A DNA stretch of 64,000 nucleotides, taken from the NCBI GenBank assembly GCA_949358305.1, contig OX442314.1:4650001-4714000 (forward strand), read 5' to 3'. This DNA comes from Strigamia acuminata (taxonomy: Eukaryota). A model generated the notes under the pieces. It did not search any database, was not told where the DNA came from, and saw only the letters and a program-made list of their open reading frames with translations. How positions within the stretch are numbered: the stretch's first letter is position 1; each line of letters starts with the position of its first letter. A program made the position numbers and the translations under genes. Shown piece by piece: positions 1 through 12,689 of this stretch.

Positions 1-87
1 TAATATTACAACAATCTGTGATAGCTTATTGGTGCTCTCCCCTTGTCAGTTATATTCTAAAGTCGACTTGGTCAGAGTTGAACAAAG

Positions 88-274
88 TGATGTGTTCTTT
101 GGTCTCGATGAATTGTTATAAAAGTTGTGATAAGTGGAAGTCGGTCAAGAAGCAGCCATGTTATACGGTAAAATTAACATAAGTGATTTATTAATCGAAA
201 GTAATACAGGGGGCGCTGCGGAAAGCAGACGCGTCATGAAATATGCATAAACAAAATGGAGTTCGGACACTCCA
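88..274 (-). repeat. 3' LTR of Gypsy A
   Basis: Direct repeat of 11864-12050. Confidence 0.95.
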
Positions 275-419
275 GTATCCCCTTAATTGAAGACAACCAG
301 GGAATCAATTACAAAGGCAAACTAAAAACATTTAAGGTTAAACAATGAAATCAAAATGTAACAAAAGATTAATAAAAGGTTTACAACAATAAAAACGAAT
401 CAATTCAATTATCACAATT

Positions 420-3400
420 TCACGGAAAACCATAGAATTTAGTTTTGTTCTTGACTCGAGTTGAAGGAGGCCTACAAGTGACCCGCGGAGGCAATTGCTG
501 AGCAGGTTGAGGAACACGAGGCATCGGTGGCGGAGAAGGCGGCAACGGTGGCAGCGCAGGGAGCAACGGCGCAGGCAAAAGTGGTGGCGGCGGGGTTGCA
601 GGCGCGTCAGGCAAGTTCTGGTTAGGCGCGGGCATTACCAGCTGAGTTTGAGGTTGAGGCAGGACGACAGGCGGAACCAAACATGCAGTTTGTGGCATTA
701 CGAATGGGCCCGAGCTGCATTCATCCCCTTCAATTGGGAGAGGTGGTCCAATTGTCGCACGCTTCCGCAACTGGTCAATGTGACGAGACCACAACACTCC
801 GGACGCAATTTCGATAACGTACGTGGTCGAAGAAACCTTCTCCTTCACGACTCCCGGAATCCACTTTTCAGTATGTCTATAATCCCGGGCGAAAACGGCG
901 TCTCCGACTTCGAAACTCCTCGCTGTTTCCAGCAGGACTGCTGGTGGTAGTAGGCGAGGATTTAGGAGATGCAGGCGAGTTTGCATTGTCCGGTGATAGA
1001 ATTCCTCGGCCGGGGTTCGTTTAGTCGTTGCATGTGTCGTCGTTCTATACGAAAAAAGAAATTGTCGAAGTGAGTCAGCAAGGGAAAAGCGCAAATCGAT
1101 GAATTTTTCCATTTGTCGTTTGAATGTGCCGACAAAGCCTTCCACTGCGCCGTTCGTAGCGGGGTGGTACGGCGAAGAGAAGGTGTGACGGATGCCATTT
1201 TCTTCCAGAAAGTCTTTAAATTCACTCGACGTAAACTGGGGTCCATTATCCGAATGGACGTGAATTGGCAAGCCGTGTTGGCAAAACCAATCTTCTAAAA
1301 CAGCAATAGTCGCGGCTGCCGTGGTCGACGTCATCGTACGCACTTCACACCATTTGGACTTCGCATCAACTCCCAGCAAGAACATTTTGCCGAAGAATGG
1401 GCCGGCAAAATCAATGTGTAGGCGGCCCCAAACCTCGTTAGGAATTGGCCATCGGATAGTGTTCGTACGAGGCGGATCGGGCAGCGCTCGTTGGCAGGCA
1501 TCGCAGCTTCTCACAGTCCGTTCAATGTCAACGTCAATGGCTGGCCACCAGACTGTTGACCGTGCCAAAGATTTGGTCCTCACGATGCCAAAGTGGCCTG
1601 CGTGCAACTCGAGGGGAGGATCGACGCACGCAAGTCCGCAGGAACAACTAATCTGTCGTGGAGAAAAAGAAATTCGTTATAAATCGAAAAAGCATCTCGG
1701 TGCTTGTAAAAATCCCGCAGTTCCGGTGCCTTCGTTGGCCATCCATTGCGCACACAGAGAAGCACCTGTTGTAAAAGAGGGTCCGCTGCGTACGCGGATT
1801 GCAAGGCAGGTTTTGAGGCAGGAAAATCTGAAACTGAGACCGAAAATAAAGCGTTAATGTCAAAATCACAGTCTTTCGAAGTGTCGACGACAGGTTGCGG
1901 GTTGCGAGATAGGCCGTCCGCGATCGCGTTGTCCACAGCAGGCAGATGCTCGATTTGGTAGTCATAAGCGGACAGGAAAATTGCCCACCTGTGCAATCGA
2001 GCTGCAACGATCTGATTGCAACCCTTTTTTGTCGCCGAAAATCGATACGAGCGGTTTATGGTCCGTTCGCAAAACAAAACGACGACCAAAAAGGTAATGG
2101 TGAAACTTTCTGACGCCATAAATGATGGCATAACCTTCCCGCTCGATCTGCGCGTAGTTGCGTTGAGCGGCTGACAACAACGATGAAGCAAATGCTATTG
2201 GTTGGTGCTGTCCAGTCTTGTCACGATGCGATAAAAATGCGCCGACGCCGACAGGTGAAGCGTCCACAGTCAGGAACACTTCTTCTTTCTGGTTGTAATG
2301 CACGAGAGCCGAATCGACGGAGACCGACTCACGCACCTTCAGCCACGTCTTCTCGTGGACGTCCAACCATTCCCACTTCGTATCATCACGAGTGAGTCGG
2401 TACAGCGGTTCAAGCAGAGTCGACAAGTTGCTGATAAAACGGCCGTAGTAATTAACAAGGCCTATGAAGGATTTAAGTGAAGTCACGTCGGTGGGCCAAC
2501 CAGCATTGCGTAACGGCGCCAACTTAGATTCGATCGGAGAAATCCCGTACTTCGAGATGCGGAGGCCGAGGAAGTCGACAGAGTCACACAACAATTTGCA
2601 CTTGCCTCGATTCAATGTTAAATTCGCTCCGTCAAAGGCGCCGAGTAATGCGTCCAAATTCACCAGATGATCCGAGTTCGTTGGGCCCGTAACCGCCGAG
2701 TCGTCGATAAAAGGCTGCGTGTTGCCAACGTCCGCTGTCAGGATGTCCATCGTGCGTTGAAATAATGCAGGAGCGGTTGAAATCCCGTAAAAAAGTCTAT
2801 TAACCAAAAACAAACCCAAATGAGTGTTTATCGTACATAATTCGGAACTGGCAGCGGTCAAACGCAGTTGGTTGTAGGCGTGGTTCATGTCAAGGGTCGA
2901 ATACGACTCTCCCCCCGACAAATTTGCAGCCACGTCGGCGAACAACGGCAACGGATATGAACAAGGGAGAACCGCCTTATTGACAGTCCGGTTGTAACAT
3001 CCGGCTATTTTTATGGAGCCGTCCGCCTTCTTGACGTGCATAATCGGGGTCGCCCAACGTCAGGAGGCGACTGGCGTGATGATCCCGAGCGCTTGCAAAC
3101 GTCTGAGTTCCACTTCGAGAGCTGGCTTGACGGCGAGTGGCACCGGGTACGCTTTCAAAAAAATCGGATTAAAATTCGGGTCGATGTCAATACTCACCGG
3201 TGCCACGTTGTAGCATCCAATCTCGTCCCGGAAAACGTTCGCGTGCCTCTGCAAAATAGATTCAAGTTCATTTTTATCTTCCTTGCTCGCCGAGCAGCGT
3301 GGAGCAGCATCTTCAGCTGCCGCAGCCTTGCGGGAAGCCAATCCACACGCAGGGGCAGCAATAATCGACGGCGAAAGCGGCTCGTCGCGCGGCGCAGGCA

Positions 3401-4171
3401 GCGGTTCCGTGTCGCAAGTTGGAGCGACGGCGGATGTGGAATCTGGTTCAGGATCGAGTGGATGCTTGGCTCGCCGGCGAATCGCACGTTTGCGAGCTGA
3501 CTTCGATGGAACTCCCGGCTTGGCTTGATAAACAACAGTGCGCAGCGCTGCACCAGCGACGTCGAGGAGACCGAAAATATCCATCCAATCGCGGCCTAGC
3601 AACGGGACTTGGCCGTGCTCATTCACACACAACGGTAGAGTGAACGATTTTCCGTCGTATTCCACAGGAACAGTGCACACACCCGCCATTGGCAAAGCGT
3701 GGCCGTCGTACGATGACAGTTCTGTACCGAGCGATTGAAGTGGAAAACTCGAAAAGTGCTTTACGTACATCTCGCGACTAACGATCGTCGCTCCCGCTCC
3801 GGTGTCGATTTCCATCCAGAGGAGAATTTCTGCAATACGAAGCTCCAGTACCAAGGGTTTGGTGTGTCGGAGAGCCACTGCGTTCACCGAGTTCGGGGTT
3901 TGCAGTTCCTTCGTGCGGACGGCGTAAAACGTCAATTTTCGAGGTGCTGACATCGTCGTGTGATGAGCGCTCGCAGTCGATTTTGTTGCGCAACAATTGG
4001 GCTTAATGTGGCCCTAAACGCCGCAACCGTGGCATTTTGCAGTGCGAAAACGACACTCGTCCTGGCGATGGCCGGTTCTGCCGCAGTGTTTACACTTTTG
4101 TTTTTCGTGCTGCGGCTTCGAGTGGTCCGACTGCTGATGCTGCTGACCGGAGGTGCCCCTCGAGGGACGTT
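420..4171 (-). pseudogene. Gypsy A gag C-terminus and pol (zinc knuckles, protease, RT, RNase H, integrase), disrupted
   Basis: EIDTGA protease, FIDD RT, VDASP RNase H, HHCC and D-D-E integrase motifs split across ORFs; stops at 4014-4016 and 3060-3062; frameshifts near 2030 and 1610. Confidence 0.92.
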
Positions 4172-4629
4172 TGATGAGGTAAAACGGTCCTGTGGCTCTC
4201 GGAAATCAGTGGAAACGCAATTACAAAGTGCGGTTAATTCGCAACACGCGACCGCCATCTTTATTCACCGTGAGAACATAAAACAGTGGTCTGGGTTGAG
4301 GCTATATAATCTCAACCCCGATTACAGATCAACAAGGAGAACAAATCTATTATCACAATTGAATAGATTTATTCTTTACAATAAAACATAGGCTAAAGTA
4401 ATGGATAAACAATACCAAACATAACTAAAGTATCGTCGCTTAACAAGCAGACGACGGGAACGCACGTTATCAAGTCGACACAGCCAATTGCGGTACAGAA
4501 CAAGCTTATAGATAAAAATCAAATCAATTGGCTGACCATTCGTAACAATACAAGACAACGCGCTTGTTGTGCTTATTCGGAAATACACAACTGATAAACT
4601 TATCGCAAATCGTTCATCGTAAATCAACA
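4172..4629 (-). repeat. 3' LTR of Copia
   Basis: Direct repeat of 10624-11081. Confidence 0.97.
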
Positions 4630-4646
4630 AATCCCCCTTCGATGAA

Positions 4647-7600
4647 CTACTTTGCTGCTACAAAAATATGCTCGCACAATGCGTCTAGTTTTGCGCGAGA
4701 CAGCCACTTGGTCATAAGATCGGCCACATTAAGGGTTCCCGGGATGTGTCTGATTCGAAAGACACCCTTTTCAAACCAGTCGCGCACGAAGTGTAGTTTA
4801 ACATCTATGTGTTTGTTTGCGCGATTCTCTATGCGATTCTTCGCATATTGGATCGCTGGCATTGAGTCAGCGTATACACACGGTATTTCCCGGTTAAACC
4901 CATCCACCATCACGTCAGCACCAAATATGCGCTCTAACCAAATTATTTCCTTCACACCGCCTACCACCGCCAAGAATTCGCTCTCCATAATGGAAAGTGC
5001 AGTGATGGTCTGCTTATGGCAGTTCCAAGAGATCGGGACGCCTCCCAGGTAGATGATGTGCCCACCAAAGCTCCGACGTTTGTCCTGGTCTAATGCGAAG
5101 GACGCATCCGTATAAACGGTCAAGTTTTCACTTTGACAGTTTCCAAGATTGATGGAATAATTTGGCGTATTCCCTAGTTATCGCAAGATTTGGAGCAGCA
5201 TATTCACGTGTCGAGTCGAGTGAGTCTCGTTATATTGAGACAACACTATCACCGAAAACAGAATATCGGGTCTTGTACGACTTGCGATGAAAAGCAAACT
5301 GCCGACAAGAGACCGATACGGAAAACTCGAATTGACACGTTCCCCCGTTTGAACCTTTTGGATCATGGTGCCTGGGGTGCCAGGTACTCTAACACGATGA
5401 CAAGAGTCGATCCCATATTGCTTGCACAACTTCGCAATATAAGCGCGTTGATGAATAAAGATATTCTCCCCGTCCCTACAAAACTCTATCCCTAACAAAA
5501 GGGTGACGGGGCCCAAATTGACAATCTCAAATGATTGTTGAATCCAATCCAAAACGCACTCCTCTGCTATGTTGTCTTTTGAAAACAATACTATGTCATC
5601 GACATAGAAAATAAGTATAGCGTCAGTCCCCAAGCTATACACGCAATTGAGACCCAAGACCGGTTCAAATCCAATTTCAATCAGCTGGTCGTGGAGTCGC
5701 TGGTACCACATACGACCAGACTGGTGAAGTCCGTAAAGAGATTTTCTCAATTCCCAACATTTGTGTTGGTTTTCAGATGTTCGATATCCCTTTGGAATAT
5801 GGATATATTGCACTTCGTCGAGGTCCCCATATAAATATGCGGCCTTGATGTCGAGGTGTACGTCACGCCAGCCCCTCAGTACCACTAAGATACAAAAGAA
5901 CATCATGACTAACACGAAATTGACTACTGGGGAAAATACCTCAGTAAAGTCAATGCCCGGCTTTTGCTTAAAGCCCTGTGCAACAAGACGAGCACGATAT
6001 CTTCTAATCGTACCCGTGTGATCTCTTTTTAACTTGTAAATCCATTTTGATCCCAATAAGGTTTTGTCTTTAACCTGGTCTTTGTCGACTTCGACATAAA
6101 CCTCACGCTCTTTGAAAATGTTTATTTCGTCCTCCATTGCGTTTTCCCAATCTGGTTTACTAACTCCCGTTACAGCCTCCTCATACGTGTCTGGCTCGAC
6201 AGAGCAGCAACCAGCAAAACCAATAGTGACATCTTTGAAATTAAACAATTCTGATCTGTATTCGTATCCCTCGGTTTTACACCAACGAACAACCTCAACA
6301 CGGCTGCGGAGCTTTTCGTGCTTTGGTGTGATATACCAAACATCAACTTTCCCAGCTGTTGCCCCGCTTTGACGTACAGTCTGCCGTCTTTGCCACAAAG
6401 TCATGTCTAAAGGCAACAATTCACTAGTTGAAGCTGTACGTTCGCCAGTGTCTTTCCCTTTTCTAGGCGGGTTGCGACGAGGGACTGTGGGTGACAATTG
6501 AGGTGATAACTGAGGACTTGCGTCCGGGTCCTCAACTTCCTCGTTTTCATCTCCGTCGTCGGGATAAATGTTGAAGAAATCCCTATTATCCCCCTTCGCC
6601 CCACCGATTTCGTCATCATTTATAACATTTAAATCCCCAATGATGTATTGCATTGCATCAACATAGTTGAAATCCTCAGGTGCCCCACCCTCAACGGGTT
6701 CTTCTTTCCCTTCTCCTTCAGGATATTCGGGTATGGGGTCGCCGTGGACACTATCTGTCTCCGAGACAGAGTCATCAAAAGAATCCTCACCCGACGAGTC
6801 TGAATCGTCAGTGAAAGGCGAGAGAGTCAGTTGGGGATTCTGGAGATTTTCATACCAGAAATTCTGTTCTAGAATTTTAACATGCTTAGAGAGGAAAACT
6901 TGGTTTCTATTCGGATCCCAAATCCGATACCCACGAGTGGTAGAGGCGTATCCAATCAAAGCCCCCGCCCATGCTCTCTCTTGCAATTTTCCAGCTCTGG
7001 TTTGTGAAGGGACATGTACATAAGTCAATGCACCAATGCACTTGACGTGGCGTAAAGACAATTTCTTATTGAAAAACACATTATAAGGTGTCCTCCCACC
7101 CAATCCCGCATGCGGAAACCGGTTCTTTAAATAAACGACAGAAACTGCGAGTTCTGCCCACAGGGATGGAGGAAGACTATTTTCAATCATTAAAGCTCTG
7201 ATTCCACCAAGAATGGTCCGGTTTGTTCTTTCAGCGACCGAGTTCATCTCAGGGCTGTATGCGTTCGTTCGCATACACTTCAGTCCAATGCTACTGGCAT
7301 ATTCATCCCATTGTTTGGATACAAATTCCCCTCCATTGTCAGTTTTAATCGACTTGACTTTCCTAGAAGTCGTTCTTTCAATTTCGGTTAACCATTTCTT
7401 AAAATGGCCCAAAACTTCGCTCTTTTTCTTCATAATCATGATCCACATCAATCGTGAGAAGTCATCGACCATGACCAAATAGTAGTACGCCCCACCTATG
7501 CTCTTAACTGGTGAAGGGCCCCACACGTCTAAATGGACGATTTCTAAAATCCCTTTGGTCGAAATGTTCGCAATGGGGGGAAAACTGGCACGTGTGCTTT

Positions 7601-9482
7601 TCGCCCTCGAACAAGCATCACAACTCGACAATTCCGTGTTGGACAACTTTAAACCAAATACTTCAGTAGATTTGTTCAATAATGCAATTCCCTTCGCATT
7701 AAGGTGTCCCATACGGGAGTGCCAGATGTCCATCGTTTGGGGTTTGTCTGGTTTAATGGAAGCATCCTTTCCATCTACAACCCCATTTCCATTTGTTAAA
7801 TTGTTTTGCACAATTGTTTTCAAAATTTTCGCATTCTTGGGCTTATTGCCCTTACTGGCCACTAAGCTAGTCTGTGTGTTGTTTAAAACACTCAGTTGTT
7901 GATTCGAAATTTCCATACTCGCATTGTTTGCAACGATCGCTGGCGCATTATTCGCAGTTTTCGCTTGCCCCTTAATTGCAGGTACAGGTTTCCCTGATTT
8001 ACTCAAATTTTGGGTTAATGCAGTCTTAAAATTTAAATGGGTTAGTAAAGGATCAACAATTTCTTCACCCTTTAAAGGTGGACTAGATGCCACTGTTGCA
8101 CTCTGTTGCGCAGACAATGCAACAGTGTTTACAGAATTTTTAGTATTAATTCGACAATTGACCTTGTACATTCTATCACTCGTACGTGTAGCCGTGATAG
8201 AAGGGTCGTTAATGTCCTGATCATAAATGAACATTTTTCCATTCTTAACCATTGTCGTAGCCCCAGCTTCGTCCGTGCGACCTAAAGAAATTAAATTCTT
8301 TTTGAAGTTGGGTGCATAATAAACGTTCTTCAACGTCAGTTCACGTGTACGTTGTCCATGAATCGAGATTAATGTCACATTTCCGATGCCCTCGATTTTC
8401 GACTTTCCGTCGCCTTGTTGCACAGAATAACCAGTTAATGGTTTAAAGTCCGAAAACCAGGATTTGTTAAACGAAAAATGGTCCGTCGCACCTGTGTCGA
8501 CGTACCATTGCGAATCGTAGTTCGCATGTGACAATAACGACACTGCAACCGGAGGTTGCTCTTGACAAATCGCTGCAGAGAAGTAAGACACGGGGGAATC
8601 GCTGAAAATGTCCATTTGTGTGACGGCGGCCTTCTGCTGGCCTTTTCCACGATTTTTCCCTCGTTGACTTCCCCTGCTGAACTGTCCTATCGGGTTTCCT
8701 CTCGCAGCACCTTGTTGCTGTTTAGGTGGAGAAGGGCATTCCCGGGCGAAGTGGTTGGTTCCACCACAATTAAAACAGACACGTGGAGAACCGGAGACAT
8801 TTCCACCCCGGCCACGTTGCCATCTGCCTTTGGTGAAATAGGCACTTGCATTATCCACCATGCCTGCAGGAACCCCAAACTCATCTGTTTGTTCATAAAG
8901 GCGATTATATTCGCCTAATAATCGTTCTTTGACGGCCTTGGACGTGAATTCTGGGTCTCCCCAGTGGTAGACAGTCTGCTTGACCGTTTCGTATTGATGT
9001 GGCAGCAGATCCAGGTACTGAAAAGCCAGGAATTCGTCAGAAATGTCCACTTGGATGTCCTTTAACTCCAGGGCTTTCCTGTCAACTCTTGCCAAGAAGA
9101 CCATCATCTCTTCTTGCTCATGGAGTTTCAACATGAGAAATTCGTGACGAAGCCGGGCTTTGCGTGCCCTGGTAGTGGGCTGGTAAGCTGCTTTGAGCGC
9201 TTCCCAAACCTCTTTGGCCCCTTCGTGTGCCACAGCCACTACCTGTTGGGCTTTTCCACAAGCCAGACAAATGGTGGAGCGCGCTTTCTCCTCGCGCTTG
9301 TTAAACTCCCTGATTTCTTTCGCAGAAGCCGTGGCTGGCAAGGCTTTCTCCTTGCCAGTCACGTGGCCCCAAACTCCATACGACTGCAAAAGGAGTTGTA
9401 TTTGGACACTCCAAGTCGAATAATTAGTCCCATTCAGTTTTTCCACATCCTTGTAATCGTCACGACAATCCCAACTTGCCAT
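4647..9482 (-). CDS. Copia gag-pol polyprotein with one in-frame TAA at 5178-5180 before RNase H
   Basis: KLNGTNYSTW gag start, CFNCGGTNHFAREC knuckle, WYVDTGAT protease, WHSRMGH and D-D-E integrase, YRARLVAQG and FYVDD RT, VYTDAS RNase H in the same frame after the stop. Confidence 0.93.
6234..6419 (-). other. Methyl-CpG-binding domain inside the Copia polyprotein, between integrase and RT
   Basis: WQRRQTVRQSGATAGKVDVWYITPKHEKLRSRVEVVRW...LFNF fits the MBD pattern W-x-R...RKSG-x-SAGK-x-DVYY-x-SP-x-GKKFRS...FDF. Confidence 0.9.
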
Positions 9483-10607
9483 GTTGAGAAAATTCGGCGA
9501 AAGCAGAAGCACGAATCACTTTTCACAAAAAATTTCACCAATTCCCGCAGGAAAAACACACAAATATTCACGATGCACGTGAATATGTCGCACGGAGAAG
9601 CACAAATTTGCCCCCAAAAATTGAAGGCGAAAGGAAATACACTACTTCCCAAGGGGCACCTCAATAAGTGAGATGAAAAACCCAAATCTGGTCGCCCTAC
9701 TAGCTTCCGACCGGCCCACCTGGGGGACGCGGGACGACTAGTTGGCCACGGACAAGCCCAGACTGGAATGAGACTGTACTGGGGCGACTGCCCGAAGGGT
9801 ACAGAATATTCTAAGTGACCCGACACAAAAACCTTAATAAATAACAAAGTTTCACGAGAATCAATCAAAAAAATACACTTTTTGGTGTGAAGCTGGCCAG
9901 TTACGAGTTTCCCGCGTCGTAACTGGTTCCCACGTTGAATTAAACGTCGGCTTCACGTTGTCTTCGCACGGAACTGGGGCCGACGTGCAATCCGCGTACA
10001 CACATCCGTGTAAGCGCGGAGAAAATCGACGTTGCGCCCGTCCGCGCCTTCGTACTTGCTTTCCTGGGTGCAAAGTACGGAAACAATTGCCCACACACAC
10101 GCTTATCGTGTGCAGGACTTCTCGGTGAATCAATTCGTGTCGAAACGTCGTTTTTCCGTCTCTTTTCGACGAAAAATGGCCGCCGTTGCAAAATCGCCGA
10201 TTCACGGTGATTTCCGTGATGAAAACACAGCAAAACGATTCGAAATGCGACGTTGTTCCGACGTATTCCTTCGCAAAATCGATGCGAGCATGTATCGGCT
10301 CGTATACACAGCTGGCGACGGGCTTCACTGCTAACCGCGATGAAGTCCAAACAAAAATGGCGCCGCCGGAGAAAATCCGTTATATCGGCGAAAAAACAGT
10401 TCAAATTATTCGAAATAAATGTTCCTTACACCGCTCCGTGTCGAATCCTTCGTGCAATCGTCCGCACACGTATTCCAGACGTTTGCCGCACCAAAAATTC
10501 GTTTTCACGACGAATTGGGCGGGCGCGCACTTCGCGACTTCTCGTAGTCGGAAAATGGCCGTTTCACTCGTCAATTCCACGAAATTGGTCGGCGTTGATC
10601 GTCGCCG

Positions 10608-10621
10608 ATCCTCTGCTACCA
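10608..10621 (-). promoter_or_regulatory. Copia primer binding site, initiator tRNA-Met
   Basis: TGGTAGCAGAGGAT 2 nt after the 5' LTR, complementary to the metazoan tRNAiMet 3' end. Confidence 0.9.
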
Positions 10622-10623
10622 TT

Positions 10624-11081
10624 TGATGAGGTAAAACGGTCCTGTGGCTCTCGGAAATCAGTGGAAACGCAATTACAAAGTGCGGTTAATTCGCAACACG
10701 CGACCGCCATCTTTATTCACCGTGAGAACATAAAACAGTGGTCTGGGTTGAGGCTATATAATCTCAACCCCGATTACAGATCAACAAGGAGAACAAATCT
10801 ATTATCACAATTGAATAGATTTATTCTTTACAATAAAACATAGGCTAAAGTAATGGATAAACAATACCAAACATAACTAAAGTATCGTCGCTTAACAAGC
10901 AGACGACGGGAACGCACGTTATCAAGTCGACACAGCCAATTGCGGTACAGAACAAGCTTATAGATAAAAATCAAATCAATTGGCTGACCATTCGTAACAA
11001 TACAAGACAACGCGCTTGTTGTGCTTATTCGGAAATACACAACTGATAAACTTATCGCAAATCGTTCATCGTAAATCAACA
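10624..11081 (-). repeat. 5' LTR of Copia
   Basis: Direct repeat of 4172-4629, adjacent to PBS. Confidence 0.97.
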
Positions 11082-11684
11082 ACGTTTGCCTCCTTTTTGC
11101 GAGTTCGCATGTTGACGTGATGAATTTCCCGACTTGTGCAGCTGGTGTACGGACTGTTGCGCATCAACAAAACTGGACACGTCGGCTCCGGCGATTTCGG
11201 CGGAGGTAGCGACTTCGAGGGCTATTGCAAAGGTTAAATCTTTCTGCATACATAGCGTCTCTTGAACCTGCCGCATATTCAAACCGATCACGAACTGGTT
11301 CCGCATTTCGTCGTCTTGAGTCGTATCGAAGTCACAATACTTGGTGAGTGAGTGAAGAGCGGCTGCAAAGTCGCTCACGGACTCGCCTTTGTTGCGCTTA
11401 CGAGCTCGAAAACGGACGATTTCACCTTGTTTCACCGGTCTAGGTTTCTGGTTTTTGATCATTAAGTCTGTGAGCTGCTTAAACGTTAACTCCGTCGGCT
11501 TCTTCGGTCTGGCGAGATCCACGAACTTGGCGAAAGTGGCCATACCCACACAGGCCAAAAGCGTATTCACTTTTTCCTTGTCGTCGACGATTTTATTGCA
11601 GGAGAAAACGCATTCGATTTGCATTAAATAAGTCTCCCAGTCGTCAAGTGGGTTGTACTTTTCGGGTGCCGCAACCAAAGGCAT
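11082..11684 (-). pseudogene. Gypsy A gag N-terminal part
   Basis: DDWETY...LLACVG...LTKYCDF, homologous to gag starting at 19116; reading continues at 4171 once the Copia is removed. Confidence 0.9.
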
Positions 11685-11851
11685 TTTCGAGCGATGAAGT
11701 CGGTAAAAACGAGCAAAAACTTACAATCAAAAGTTCAGGCCTAACGGTCAACGCGTGGTCAAAGACACGTGGTCAGTGGCGAAAAGTTCATCAGAAGATC
11801 CCAAAAAAGCACAAAAGTTCGTAAAGTAACTGGATTCGGTGATTACCATCT

Positions 11852-11861
11852 CTCGTCGCCA
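11852..11861 (-). promoter_or_regulatory. Gypsy A primer binding site (tRNA-Ser-like)
   Basis: TGGCGACGAG right after the 5' LTR. Confidence 0.8.
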
Positions 11862-11863
11862 AT

Positions 11864-12050
11864 TGATGTGTTCTTTGGTCTCGATGAATTGTTATAAAAG
11901 TTGTGATAAGTGGAAGTCGGTCAAGAAGCAGCCATGTTATACGGTAAAATTAACATAAGTGATTTATTAATCGGAAGTAATACAGGGGGCGCTGCGGAAA
12001 GCAGACGCGTCATGAAATATGCATAAACAAAATGGAGTTCGGACACTCCA
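11864..12050 (-). repeat. 5' LTR of Gypsy A
   Basis: Direct repeat of 88-274. Confidence 0.95.
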
Positions 12051-12055
12051 CAAAG

Positions 12056-12689
12056 GATTTCTCAAGATGGCGTCCTAAGTTCCGCGTGGTCGGCAGAACA
12101 ATGGTGGCGTCTGGAGATGGCGTTAATTCGTCACGGATTCGTCGTTTACGGACGCGGTGGAATGCTCTTTCGAGTCTTCTATCCGTGCCTGTTGTCTAGG
12201 GGTTACTTCTAGCGTCTCAAGGCTCTGACCAGGAACTGGGGTTCCTTACAGAGCTCTCGGACACTTCGGTGGCGGAATAACCGTGGGGCGGTTATTCGAT
12301 GTGAATTCACAAGGGCTATTTTCCTGCTTTTCGCGGAAATAGCACTCAGGTAAATTCGTGAGAGTTACAGTTGCACTTGACTCAGCGATCCTCAATCAAT
12401 CCTAACTTGTACTTGAAGTTGGCCTGACGGTGAGGTAGTTGCTGTGTTCTTGGTGTCGTTTGTGTAAGTTCTGATTTTAGGCGGGAAATTCCACCTTTTA
12501 TGGGTCAGTGTGAGGGGCCAGGCACAGCCAATGGGGGCTTGCCACGACCACCTCACTTCCCTCGGGGCACACACCTGCTCAGGGAGAGGCGGAGCCAACA
12601 CAATGGAAACGACCCGTCTATTGTAGTGACTCAAAGGGCAAATATTCGCTCGAGGGGGGGGGGAATATTTAACCCCTTTGCTCACCACA
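12056..12689 (-). mobile_element. Probable LTR remnant hosting Gypsy A (continues at 1-87 and beyond the window start)
   Basis: Minus-strand start TGTGGTG at 12689 like the LTRs of Gypsy C, TATA-like box near 12495, shared CCTCACCGTCAGGCC motif; other end not visible. Confidence 0.5.

Larger units (their letters stand above)
4172..11081 (-). mobile_element. Copia/Ty1 LTR retrotransposon with MBD (CopiaMBD-like)
   Basis: 458-bp LTRs at 4172-4629 and 10624-11081 with no difference seen; TSD ACGTT (4167-4171, 11082-11086); PPT GAAGGGGG; gag-PR-INT-RT-RH order. Confidence 0.97.
88..12050 (-). mobile_element. Gypsy/Ty3 LTR retrotransposon A (Mag/K02A2.6-like), defective, interrupted by a Copia insertion
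   Basis: 187-bp LTRs at 88-274 and 11864-12050 with one mismatch seen; TG...CA ends; 5-bp TSD CAAAG (83-87, 12051-12055); PBS TGGCGACGAG; PPT AAGGGG next to 3' LTR; PR-RT-RH-INT order. Confidence 0.95.

Noticed and set aside
495..950. Arg-rich plus-strand ORF and other antisense ORFs over pol genes
   Set aside because: Shadow frames of Pro-rich or conserved coding sequence on the opposite strand
9861..10843. Several 100-196 aa ORFs in the Copia leader
   Set aside because: Overlap on both strands in GC-richer sequence with no motifs; likely chance
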